38,235 nt of DNA from Spirochaetota bacterium. Its GTDB lineage: Bacteria; Spirochaetota; Spirochaetia; B11-G9. Within the stretch, counting starts at the first letter, position 1, and each line of letters begins with the position of its first letter. Below, one piece after another: positions 1-8,283 of this stretch. The notes beneath the pieces were generated by a model. That model was not told the origin of the DNA and searched no databases. It worked only from the letters and a program-made list of their open reading frames with translations. The translations under genes and the position numbers were made by a program. Where the stretch lies: contig QNBL01000001.1 of assembly GCA_003641695.1 (NCBI GenBank), positions 1-38,235 of the forward strand, read 5' to 3'.

Positions 1-1
1 A

Positions 2-598
2 GATTTTATCTCATATGATGCTGTTCGTGATAATGCTCTCGAATTAGCCTACACAATACATAATGACGGGTTTATTCCTGATGTTATATACGTTTCGCTA
101 CGAGGTGGGGCTTATATCGGAAACGTGATGAGTGAATATTTCAAGATTGTAAAGAAAACTGGGCGGCCTGTCTTTTATGCAGCAGTTGTAGCAAGGTCTT
201 ATACTGATATTAGGGAACATTCCAGTGTTATGATCGATGGATGGACGTATAAACCCGAATATTTAAGAAACGGTGATAAAATTCTTTTGGTTGATGATAT
301 ATATGATTCCGGTAAAACAATAAACTATCTTGGTGAGGTAATAATAAATCACGGGATTCCAAGAAGTGATCTTAAAATTGCAGTTCATGATTATAAAGAT
401 TTAACATACCTTGAAAAAAAACTCCCCCTTCTCCCTGACTACAGCTGCAGAACTCACGTAATAAATTCTCCCGAGGAAGATATCTGGATTCATTATATGA
501 GCCATGAATTTCTCGGTCTGACCAAAGAAGAGCTGGAGAAATATTATTACAAAAATAACCCGGATTTGAAGAAAATATTTAACGAAAAAATATTGTAA
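2..598 (+). CDS. Phosphoribosyltransferase-family protein (purine PRT-like), 5' end cut by window edge
   Basis: The frame is open from nt 2: DFISYDAVRDNALELAYTIHNDGFIPDVIYVSLRGGAYIGN precedes the tracked Met at 125. PRPP-binding loop ILLVDDIYDSGKT is present. Stop TAA at 596-598. Confidence 0.8.
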   Translation, partial: DFISYDAVRDNALELAYTIHNDGFIPDVIYVSLRGGAYIGNVMSEYFKIVKKTGRPVFYAAVVARSYTDIREHSSVMIDGWTYKPEYLRNGDKILLVDDIYDSGKTINYLGEVIINHGIPRSDLKIAVHDYKDLTYLEKKLPLLPDYSCRTHVINSPEEDIWIHYMSHEFLGLTKEELEKYYYKNNPDLKKIFNEKIL

Positions 599-599
599 A

Positions 600-3500
600 A
601 TGCCTTTAAAACGTTTTATCTATTTACTAATTCTTTTTATTTCAGTACCTAAAGCCTATCCTTCGGATAGTGCGGTAATTTATACCAATTATCCCGAAGG
701 AAGATATTTCGGGAATATATATCTTGATTTTAAATCCAGCTCCGCCGGACTGCTTAAGTATCATTTTGCCGGAGATAAGAGTGCTCCGGAAGTTATTTAT
801 TCTGAACCAATCTTGCTCTCTTCCTTGCCCGGAGAGAGAAAGACATATACAATCGAAGCTTTCCTTTATAAAAATGCAAAGCTTCTGGACTCCATCACCG
901 TTACCTATACAATAGATAAAACTGTTGTCCCCCCTCCTGTTCCGGCACCTGATTCAGGTGTATACAGTACTGATGTCAGTATAAATTTTAATGAGAGCGG
1001 AGTATCCGTTTTTTATTCTTTAACCGGAGAAACCAACGGTACGTTTAAAAAGTGGAATGGAAAAGAAATTATTTTAAAGCAGACCGGGGAGCAGCAGGAT
1101 TATAACCTTGCCGTTTTTTCCCAGGATTCCTATGGGCGGAGGAGTACGGTCGTTTCACGCAATTATGTTATCCTGCCTGTCGTAGAAAAAACAAGTTCAA
1201 TAAAAGTATACAGCCCGGTAGAAGGATCTTTCATGAACAGCCAGCTGCTGTACCTGGATACAAACGGTTTTAAGTGGATTCGTTATTCAATAGGTAATAA
1301 TGATCCTGCAAAATTTGGAACTACCTATCGTGGTCCTATTCTCTTCAAGGCAAAAGGGGTATATACCCTTAATATCGCAGGACTTCCTGAAGGCAGTACC
1401 AGTCCAATAAAAAAAACCATCACATTTACCATTAAAGATTCCCATTACGATATGCTTTTACCAGAAAGCGGTGTCTACTATGACCCCCTGAAGATTACTT
1501 CCCCGGGTACTGATTTCAAATTTACCCTTAGCGATAAGACTGACAGACCTGCTTTACTCTCTTTTAATAATTCTGAGCTGTTTTTAAACCCTGTAACGGG
1601 AACTAAAATCTGTATTCCTTTACGCATATTCCCGAAAACTGTTTCAGGTAATGATGAGTACAGGTTTTTTTATATCTTTGACCGGGAAAAACCGGGATCT
1701 CCTGTTATTACCTTTACCAACGGAAAAGATAAAAAAAATATAAAAATAAGAATATTCAGAAAGAGTTCACACCCCGTATATTATACTCTTGACGGTTCAT
1801 CTCCTGATAAATATTCATCTCTTTACAGGAATCCTTTTTATGCTCCTATACCGAAAAATGTTACTTCGGGATCAATAATGGTAAAGGCTGTATGTATTGC
1901 TGAAAACAATTCTGAAAGCAGTGTTGTTTCGAAGCTTGTTACTTTTGACTTTGAACCGCCTGATGCACCGGAATTGGAATTGAAAAAGATAAGCAGTACA
2001 AGATACCGTATAGTGACAAAGAATGCCGAGAATAATACGCTGTATTACCTTACGAACTACTCGGGTAATGACCCCGGTAATCCAGATATCCGTTCTTTTC
2101 TTGGAAAGAAGGATATGCTCCTTTCTTTTCCTAATGGAATAAAGGGCACTTTTATCCTGAATGCTGTTCTGGTGGATTCATCAGGTAATATTTCCGATTT
2201 ATCCAGTTTAAAGTTTAACTATAACACCTATCCACCACAGCAGCCTGTTTTTGAAATTAAAGATAAAGAGATCTCTTTGACCGGGGCACCAACGATATAC
2301 TATGCTTTCGACAAGAAGGGAAGTTACCAGTTGTACACTGCAAAAATCCCAGAAACTGTATATTCCGGATATGACTATATTTATGCATATTCTCAAAACA
2401 GAGAAGGTCATATCAGTGATACTGTCGGTTTCAGAATTCCTAAAACGAGTTTGTCTGCAGGCTTCCGTATCAAAGGGCTTTCTGACCATGGGCTGTATAA
2501 TTCTGATGTAACCTTGAGAAGCTTTCCAAATCTGGATACTGTTCTCTATTATTCGCTTTCTGTTGACGGGGTTAACGGGAGCAGAAAATTACTACCGGGA
2601 ACGATAACTTTCAGCTGTCCTGACGGTTTGAGAAAAGAATATATATTAAAAATTTATGCAGAAAACCTATATGGTAAAGATGAAAAGAATACTTCTGTAT
2701 TTAATTTTGTTATAGATAAAGAGAATCCACAGGAACCTCTCTTTGAGAATATTGAAAACGGAAAGCTATACAACAATGCTGTAACGGTGAAAGCTTCAAG
2801 GCGTGATGTTTCTGATGTTTGGATTATTCTGGTTGAAGGGAATGAACCGTCAGCTCCTGAAGATATAGACAGTTTCTTTCAAAAGGGCATCCTGCTGAAT
2901 GAAGGATATGTTATCAAAGGGAGAGAAAACAGTGATATTAGGTACACGCTGTATGCGGCATCTGTTGACGCTGCAGGTAATTCTACTATCAGCACACAAC
3001 CTCTTTCATTCAGAATAGACCGGAAACCGCCTGCCGCACCACGAATCTCGGGTTTCCCAGAAAACAGACATACCAATACCGATGTTGTTTTTTCCATGTT
3101 TGCAGAAGCTGATTCAAAGATTTATTACCGTATTGATGAAGACGGCAGCCCCCTGGAAGATGGTACCGTATTTTCCTACACAGCTCCCGTTTCCCTTAAG
3201 GGAGCAGCCAATGGGAAAACAGACTATACTGTACATGCCTGGACCGTTGATGCTGCCGGGAATAAAAGTTCCCGCATTTCAGTAGCATCGGTCGAAATTT
3301 CCAAAGAAAAACCCCGAACCATAGAGCCGGTTATTATTCCGGGGAGTGATTATTCATCAATACTGTATTTTCCAGTTTCAGAAGGCAATAAAGTTTTTTA
3401 CAGATTGGGAAAGGGTTCTTTTAAGCAATATACGGATCCTTTTAATATAAACGTACGTAATTCACTGTCAACCACACTGTTCTATTATACTCAGGACATC

Positions 3501-5450
3501 TATTCCAATAGCAGTATTGTTAAAAATAAGTCCATTACTCTTGAGAATAGAAAACACGGCCTCATTACTGGCGTAACGAACAACGGAATATACAATCATA
3601 AAGTAAGTATCAAAAAAAGATTTCAGAATTCAAACCTTTACTATGAAATCGGGTTTAATAGTGAAAAACCCCCGTCTGTTTCTATTATCTCTCCTCAATT
3701 TGATTCAAAGCTTGATCTGGATGTCGAAGAAGGGCAGGTAACATCTGTGACAGTTCGTGTGCGTGAATTTGATAAAGAAACGTTAACCCCCCTTTCAAAA
3801 GAAGAACGCTACTTTTTTACCATTGATAAAGAAAAACCGGCTATTCCGGTTATCAGCGGAATAGCAGATAAAGATTTTTATCAGGATAACCGTGAAATAA
3901 AAATAAAATCTGATAATGGTTCAGTTTTTTATGAACTGTTCAGGAATAACCAGTCGGTAACCGGAGGTTTTAAAAAGTATACCGGAAGTATTTATACAGA
4001 GGTAAAGAATGGGGAATTTGCAGAATTCAGACTGTCATCCTACACGAAGGATGCTGCAGGAAATACCAGCTCAGTCCATTCTCTAAATTTCTCAATCGAC
4101 AAAGCGATTGTTTACCTTTCCACCCATGGTAAAGACAGTTATGACGGCACCAGAACGCGGCCGTTGAAAACTCTGAATGAAGCATTACTCCTTGCAGACA
4201 AAAAAAACCGAAATACAATCTATGTAACAGAGGGTGAGTATCTGATCAACGATACGATTACTCTTAACAATGATATATCCATAATAGGCGGTTTCAACCT
4301 GGAATCATGGGGAAAAAGTTCTTCCAGAACTGTTTTCTCAGCAGGCAGCAGCCATAACCCCGCAGAACCTCTGTTTATTCTTAAAGAAGGTAAGGCCTCC
4401 ATTATTAACAGTACCATTACCAATCTTGATCTCAATTCTTCCGTTATTAATCAATCAGGGGGAAACCTCTTATTGAGAAAGTGTGAGTTCATATTTGCAA
4501 ATGGACGGGGAATGAACCTGTTTAGAGCTGTTTCAGGAATTATTGAAATGAAGGATTCCTCAGTTACTATTGGTTCTGCAAACAATTCAACAATCTTTTC
4601 TGTAAGTAATTCCGTATTTAAAATGGAAAACGTCCGGTTGAATGTAACCGGTGCTGTTTCCAGATTACGGCTATTTGATTTTACTGACAAGGTTACTTCG
4701 ATCATGACTAATATACATATCGGCGGCGGTATTTCTCAAATGGCAGAGTTGTACAGGTTGAAAAACAGCAGTCTTGAGTTAAACAACAGCACGATATTAT
4801 CAGGGAAAAGTACTATTTCATCTCTCCTATTTTACCTGGAAAACTCGGATCTGACCATTAAAAACTCAAACATTGAAAGTGGAAAGGATTCTGGTATTGT
4901 TTCATTTATCGATGCAAAAGAATCCAGTCTTGATTTTTATTCTACGAGTATTAAAGGGTATGCGGGAAAGGGGATTTCTGTTTTTAATCTCGACAGCAGC
5001 AGTTTTACCGCAGATCGCCTTGCTATTACCACTGAAAAAACAAAGGATTTCATGTTTATCTTCAGAGGCAATGATTCCTTTTTAAGATATACTCAGGGTT
5101 CGGTAACTATTCAGGACAGCTTTGATACATCCTTTGTTACTCTACGTGGATCCGATTTTTCCATAACAGGAAGTACTGTCAGCGTTTCAGGGTCCACGTA
5201 CGGTAATACGCTTATGAACTTTAAAGGAATGAGAACTATTAAAATTTTCGACAGTGTTTTCAAAACTGACGGAGGCGCCGCCACTACAGCTTGTGTTATA
5301 ACAGGAAACAACAGGGTGGTTATACAGAAAAACAGCATTTACGGCTGGCAGGAACTTGTTATTTACAACGGTCTTGGAATAAAAAACAGCGAAGAGCTGA
5401 ACACCTTCTCAGGGTTCTCCTCTTCGCCATTTGGAAATATAAGTAACTAA
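600..5450 (+). CDS. Giant secreted/surface protein: about 12 tandem Ig/Fn3-like (chitobiase-C-like) modules plus a C-terminal DUF1565/pectin-lyase-type beta-helix
   Basis: Signal peptide MPLKRFIYLLILFISVPKAYPSDS. There are modules of ~90-100 aa, each with a YY(S/T)xDG-type strand and a D(A/S)(A/S)GNxS strand. The modules are separated by ID(K/R)xxPxxPxI linkers (aa ~22-1167, nt ~663-4100). The C-terminal ~450 aa (nt ~4101-5450) begins THGKDSYDGTRTRPLKTLNEAL...IYVTEGEY and continues with N/S/I/G-rich rung repeats. Confidence 0.85.
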   Translation: MPLKRFIYLLILFISVPKAYPSDSAVIYTNYPEGRYFGNIYLDFKSSSAGLLKYHFAGDKSAPEVIYSEPILLSSLPGERKTYTIEAFLYKNAKLLDSITVTYTIDKTVVPPPVPAPDSGVYSTDVSINFNESGVSVFYSLTGETNGTFKKWNGKEIILKQTGEQQDYNLAVFSQDSYGRRSTVVSRNYVILPVVEKTSSIKVYSPVEGSFMNSQLLYLDTNGFKWIRYSIGNNDPAKFGTTYRGPILFKAKGVYTLNIAGLPEGSTSPIKKTITFTIKDSHYDMLLPESGVYYDPLKITSPGTDFKFTLSDKTDRPALLSFNNSELFLNPVTGTKICIPLRIFPKTVSGNDEYRFFYIFDREKPGSPVITFTNGKDKKNIKIRIFRKSSHPVYYTLDGSSPDKYSSLYRNPFYAPIPKNVTSGSIMVKAVCIAENNSESSVVSKLVTFDFEPPDAPELELKKISSTRYRIVTKNAENNTLYYLTNYSGNDPGNPDIRSFLGKKDMLLSFPNGIKGTFILNAVLVDSSGNISDLSSLKFNYNTYPPQQPVFEIKDKEISLTGAPTIYYAFDKKGSYQLYTAKIPETVYSGYDYIYAYSQNREGHISDTVGFRIPKTSLSAGFRIKGLSDHGLYNSDVTLRSFPNLDTVLYYSLSVDGVNGSRKLLPGTITFSCPDGLRKEYILKIYAENLYGKDEKNTSVFNFVIDKENPQEPLFENIENGKLYNNAVTVKASRRDVSDVWIILVEGNEPSAPEDIDSFFQKGILLNEGYVIKGRENSDIRYTLYAASVDAAGNSTISTQPLSFRIDRKPPAAPRISGFPENRHTNTDVVFSMFAEADSKIYYRIDEDGSPLEDGTVFSYTAPVSLKGAANGKTDYTVHAWTVDAAGNKSSRISVASVEISKEKPRTIEPVIIPGSDYSSILYFPVSEGNKVFYRLGKGSFKQYTDPFNINVRNSLSTTLFYYTQDIYSNSSIVKNKSITLENRKHGLITGVTNNGIYNHKVSIKKRFQNSNLYYEIGFNSEKPPSVSIISPQFDSKLDLDVEEGQVTSVTVRVREFDKETLTPLSKEERYFFTIDKEKPAIPVISGIADKDFYQDNREIKIKSDNGSVFYELFRNNQSVTGGFKKYTGSIYTEVKNGEFAEFRLSSYTKDAAGNTSSVHSLNFSIDKAIVYLSTHGKDSYDGTRTRPLKTLNEALLLADKKNRNTIYVTEGEYLINDTITLNNDISIIGGFNLESWGKSSSRTVFSAGSSHNPAEPLFILKEGKASIINSTITNLDLNSSVINQSGGNLLLRKCEFIFANGRGMNLFRAVSGIIEMKDSSVTIGSANNSTIFSVSNSVFKMENVRLNVTGAVSRLRLFDFTDKVTSIMTNIHIGGGISQMAELYRLKNSSLELNNSTILSGKSTISSLLFYLENSDLTIKNSNIESGKDSGIVSFIDAKESSLDFYSTSIKGYAGKGISVFNLDSSSFTADRLAITTEKTKDFMFIFRGNDSFLRYTQGSVTIQDSFDTSFVTLRGSDFSITGSTVSVSGSTYGNTLMNFKGMRTIKIFDSVFKTDGGAATTACVITGNNRVVIQKNSIYGWQELVIYNGLGIKNSEELNTFSGFSSSPFGNISN

Positions 5451-5453
5451 GAA

Positions 5454-6560
5454 CTATTCTTTATCCAGGGCAGGCCCTCCGCTGTATTCAGAAAGCCATA
5501 ACCCGTTGTCTGACCCGATATAAATCTTGTCAGTTTCGGTATAAAGAGAAAAGACAGCTTCCTGGCTCAGCTCGTAGGTCTCAAAGTTTTCTGCCGTAAC
5601 GGTAGGAAGTTCAGGCGAAGTCCCGGTAAGATCCATTTCAAAGTAACCATTGTCAGCAGCAATAATCAGATAATCAGTACCATTATAGTCAACCACAGCC
5701 ATGTCACCAAGACATGCTGTCCCGTAGGAATCGGTAAGTGCAGTGGAATTTAATGAACCTGTCCCCCAATCTACACCTGCAGCGTCGGAACTTTTGTAAA
5801 GATACCCATCTCTTGTTGAAAGATAGAGATTCCCGTTTAACGCATCTTCGGATATTCCGCCGATAGTTTTTGCTGTATCAAATCCAGTAGTTATAACTGT
5901 CGTAACCGTACTCGAACCGTTTGTAGTATAGAGAACACTGCTTCCGGAAATGTTAGATGCGGCAAGAAAATAATTCACCCCACTGACAGCAGCACTGATA
6001 ACGGGCTGAGAAACATCTTCCGAAGTTAAGGTGTGAAAAGATCCATCAAACGAATAGAAAGAATAGGTTCCGCTGCCGGTACGCTGGTTGATGAAAAAGA
6101 TGTTATTATCATGATCCACTGTTATTAATGAAAGATTAAGAGATCCGTCAATGGCCGAAACAGCGGGAACTGTGTCCGAAAGCTTACTCCAGGAAGTACC
6201 CGAAAGGGTGTAAATTGTATCCGATAGTGCTCCTGAAGCTTCTGATTCATAGACCGCATATATAGCGCTGCCAATCCTTCCAAGTGATACAGCCCGCATC
6301 CCCGCCGAAGGAGGATCAATTTTGTTCCAGGCTGTCCCATCATTTTTATAAACTGCAGCCCCGGCACGTACATAAAGAGAGCTGCCGGCAGAAACAACCT
6401 TATAAACAGGTTTGTCACTAACTAATGATTCGGAAATCTTTTTCTCGTTGTAGATTGTATAGAATATTCCCGGTCCGTTTACATTGCAGGCAGTAAATAG
6501 GGAAGAAACGAACAGTAAGGCTAAAATGACCAGGTAAGAAAAAATATTTTCAATTTTCAT
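5454..6560 (-). CDS. Lipoprotein, probable beta-propeller-like fold
   Basis: Signal peptide with lipobox LFTA-C. Recurring Y..(D/S)G..W..(I/L) blade-like motifs (YKNDGTAWNKI, YTLSGTSWSKL, SSDAAGVDWG). GAGG lies 10 nt upstream of the ATG. The gene sits 14 nt downstream of the OMP gene on the same strand. Confidence 0.75.
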   Translation of the reverse strand: MKIENIFSYLVILALLFVSSLFTACNVNGPGIFYTIYNEKKISESLVSDKPVYKVVSAGSSLYVRAGAAVYKNDGTAWNKIDPPSAGMRAVSLGRIGSAIYAVYESEASGALSDTIYTLSGTSWSKLSDTVPAVSAIDGSLNLSLITVDHDNNIFFINQRTGSGTYSFYSFDGSFHTLTSEDVSQPVISAAVSGVNYFLAASNISGSSVLYTTNGSSTVTTVITTGFDTAKTIGGISEDALNGNLYLSTRDGYLYKSSDAAGVDWGTGSLNSTALTDSYGTACLGDMAVVDYNGTDYLIIAADNGYFEMDLTGTSPELPTVTAENFETYELSQEAVFSLYTETDKIYIGSDNGLWLSEYSGGPALDKE

Positions 6561-6574
6561 TGTTGTTATACCTC

Positions 6575-7177
6575 TTAAAAATGATACCGTGCTGAAAAAC
6601 CTATATCCATGAAGTTACCGAAAGATGTATTGTCTGACTTATCTCCAAAATACACTTCAGGAACAATCCAGTATTGTGCTGTTAATCCGAAACCCCATCT
6701 CAGGTTCATATTCCAGTAAACTGAAGCACCCGGTTTCAGTATTGTTCCGAAGTAAACCTGGTTTGCAACCTTGTTTACGGCAAGTCCGGTACCGAAAAAA
6801 ACCGGGATTTCAAATGATCCCACCGGGAATACGTAAGCAATTTTTCCGGTTAAAGGGATAAGAACATGGGTATTCATATTCGGAGTAAAAGAAAATGTTC
6901 CGGCAAGTTCAATTCCCAACGAAATACGGTCGGAAATAAACATTGACCATTCAAGACTTCCTGTTCCTCCCAGGCTTAGATGATCCTTTGTCGACTCTAC
7001 AGAAGGGCTGAGTGCGGGAAAATAGAAGAAAAGGGGAATAAACAATCCCCCGTTCATGGTAAAAGTCTGACTTCCCTTGCTGTAGGGCGAAACATATTCA
7101 CCGCTGCTGTCAATTTGAGCAAAAACAGGCAGGGAGAGTATTGTCAGAAGAAGCAGTAAAAACAATATTTTCTTCAA
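6575..7177 (-). CDS. Outer-membrane beta-barrel protein (OMP_b-brl-like)
   Basis: TTG start with AGAGG 7-8 nt upstream. Signal peptide MKKILFLLLLLTILSLPVFA-QI. Alternating hydrophobic, G/Y/F-rich strands. C-terminal aromatic ending ...SARYHF is typical of BAM substrates. Confidence 0.75.
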   Translation of the reverse strand: MKKILFLLLLLTILSLPVFAQIDSSGEYVSPYSKGSQTFTMNGGLFIPLFFYFPALSPSVESTKDHLSLGGTGSLEWSMFISDRISLGIELAGTFSFTPNMNTHVLIPLTGKIAYVFPVGSFEIPVFFGTGLAVNKVANQVYFGTILKPGASVYWNMNLRWGFGLTAQYWIVPEVYFGDKSDNTSFGNFMDIGFSARYHF

Positions 7178-7209
7178 GATAGTACCTCTTTGTTCATGTA
7201 ACTTTTACT

Positions 7210-7238
7210 ATAGTATCATTCAGGTTTCTTTTTTTCAA
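7210..7238 (-). promoter_or_regulatory. Sigma70-like promoter for the OMP-lipoprotein operon
   Basis: On the minus strand: TTGAAA (7233-7238), 17-nt spacer, TACTAT (7210-7215). This lies about 30 nt upstream of the TTG start. Confidence 0.5.
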
Positions 7239-7268
7239 TGTATATGAAAAGATTTAATAAATAGAGCG

Positions 7269-7297
7269 TGACATAAAACTGAAAATTTATATATAAT
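7269..7297 (+). promoter_or_regulatory. Sigma70-like promoter for folD
   Basis: TGACAT (7269-7274), 17-nt spacer, TATAAT (7292-7297). SD AGGAGG at 7311-7316 and ATG at 7325. Confidence 0.6.
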
Positions 7298-7324
7298 ACA
7301 CCATATATTTAGGAGGAATACTGC

Positions 7325-8212
7325 ATGTCTGCTAAAATTATTGACGGAAAATTGATCTCAACAGAAATAAGGGATGAACTGAAGCAGGAAGTTGAGAACC
7401 TTAAAAAAGAAGGGATAACACCGGGCCTGGGTGTAATCCTGGTTGGTGAAGATCCTGCCAGTAAATCATACGTTACTGCAAAAGAAAGAGCTTGTGACAG
7501 TCTCGGTATATACTCGGATAACCGTCACATTCCAAATGAAACATCTGAAGAAGAGCTGCTTTCCATAATAGATGCCATGAATAACGACCCAAAGATTGAC
7601 GGAATACTCGTTCAGCTCCCGCTGCCAAAGCATATTGATCCGGATAAAGTGATCATGCGCATCTCTCCCGAAAAGGATGTGGACGGGTTTCATCCCCAGA
7701 GTATCGGCAAAATGATCATGGGAAAGGATACATTCCTCCCCTGCACCCCCCACGGGGTTGTTAAACTTCTTAACTATGCTGGTATACAGATTGAGGGATC
7801 GCATGTTGTTGTTGTCGGAAGGAGTAATATTGTCGGGAAACCGGTGGCAAATCTGCTTCTTGACAAATCAAAGAATGGAAATGCAACAGTTACCGTTTGT
7901 CATTCCCGTACTAAAAACATCAAGGACATGACTCTTCAGGCTGATATTCTTATAGCTGCAATCGGGAAAGCCCAGTTTATTACAGCAGATATGGTAAAAG
8001 ATGGTGCTGTAATTATCGATGTAGGGGTAAACAGGGTAGAAGACAGTACAAAAAAGAAAGGTTTCAGACTTGTCGGCGATGTTGATTTTGAACCTGTAAA
8101 GGAAAAAGCTTCTGCAATAACTCCGGTACCCGGCGGAGTCGGTCCAATGACAATAACAATGCTGATGTACAATACTGTTCAGTCAGCAAAACAGAGAAAA
8201 GAAAAAAAATAA
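7325..8212 (+). CDS. folD: Bifunctional methylenetetrahydrofolate dehydrogenase / methenyl-THF cyclohydrolase
   Basis: Full-length FolD pattern: IIDGK...[55 protein letters not shown]. Confidence 0.97.
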   Translation: MSAKIIDGKLISTEIRDELKQEVENLKKEGITPGLGVILVGEDPASKSYVTAKERACDSLGIYSDNRHIPNETSEEELLSIIDAMNNDPKIDGILVQLPLPKHIDPDKVIMRISPEKDVDGFHPQSIGKMIMGKDTFLPCTPHGVVKLLNYAGIQIEGSHVVVVGRSNIVGKPVANLLLDKSKNGNATVTVCHSRTKNIKDMTLQADILIAAIGKAQFITADMVKDGAVIIDVGVNRVEDSTKKKGFRLVGDVDFEPVKEKASAITPVPGGVGPMTITMLMYNTVQSAKQRKEKK

Positions 8213-8250
8213 ATACGTTGCAGTCTTGATAAAGAAAGGTATATAGTATT

Positions 8251-8282
8251 ATTCTCACTCGAAGATCAATTTGAGTGAGGAT
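8251..8282 (+). promoter_or_regulatory. Hairpin that pairs with the SD of the LCP gene (possible translational control element)
   Basis: ATTCTCACTC (8251-8260) pairs with GAGTGAGGAT (8273-8282) around a 12-nt loop. The 3' arm contains the GAGG SD, 3 nt before the ATG at 8284. Confidence 0.3.
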
Positions 8283-8283
8283 A

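Noticed and set aside
663-4100. The repeat array of the giant gene as a recombination or antigenic-variation cassette
   Set aside because: The modules are similar only at the protein-motif level. I saw no long near-identical DNA repeats that would support slippage or gene conversion.
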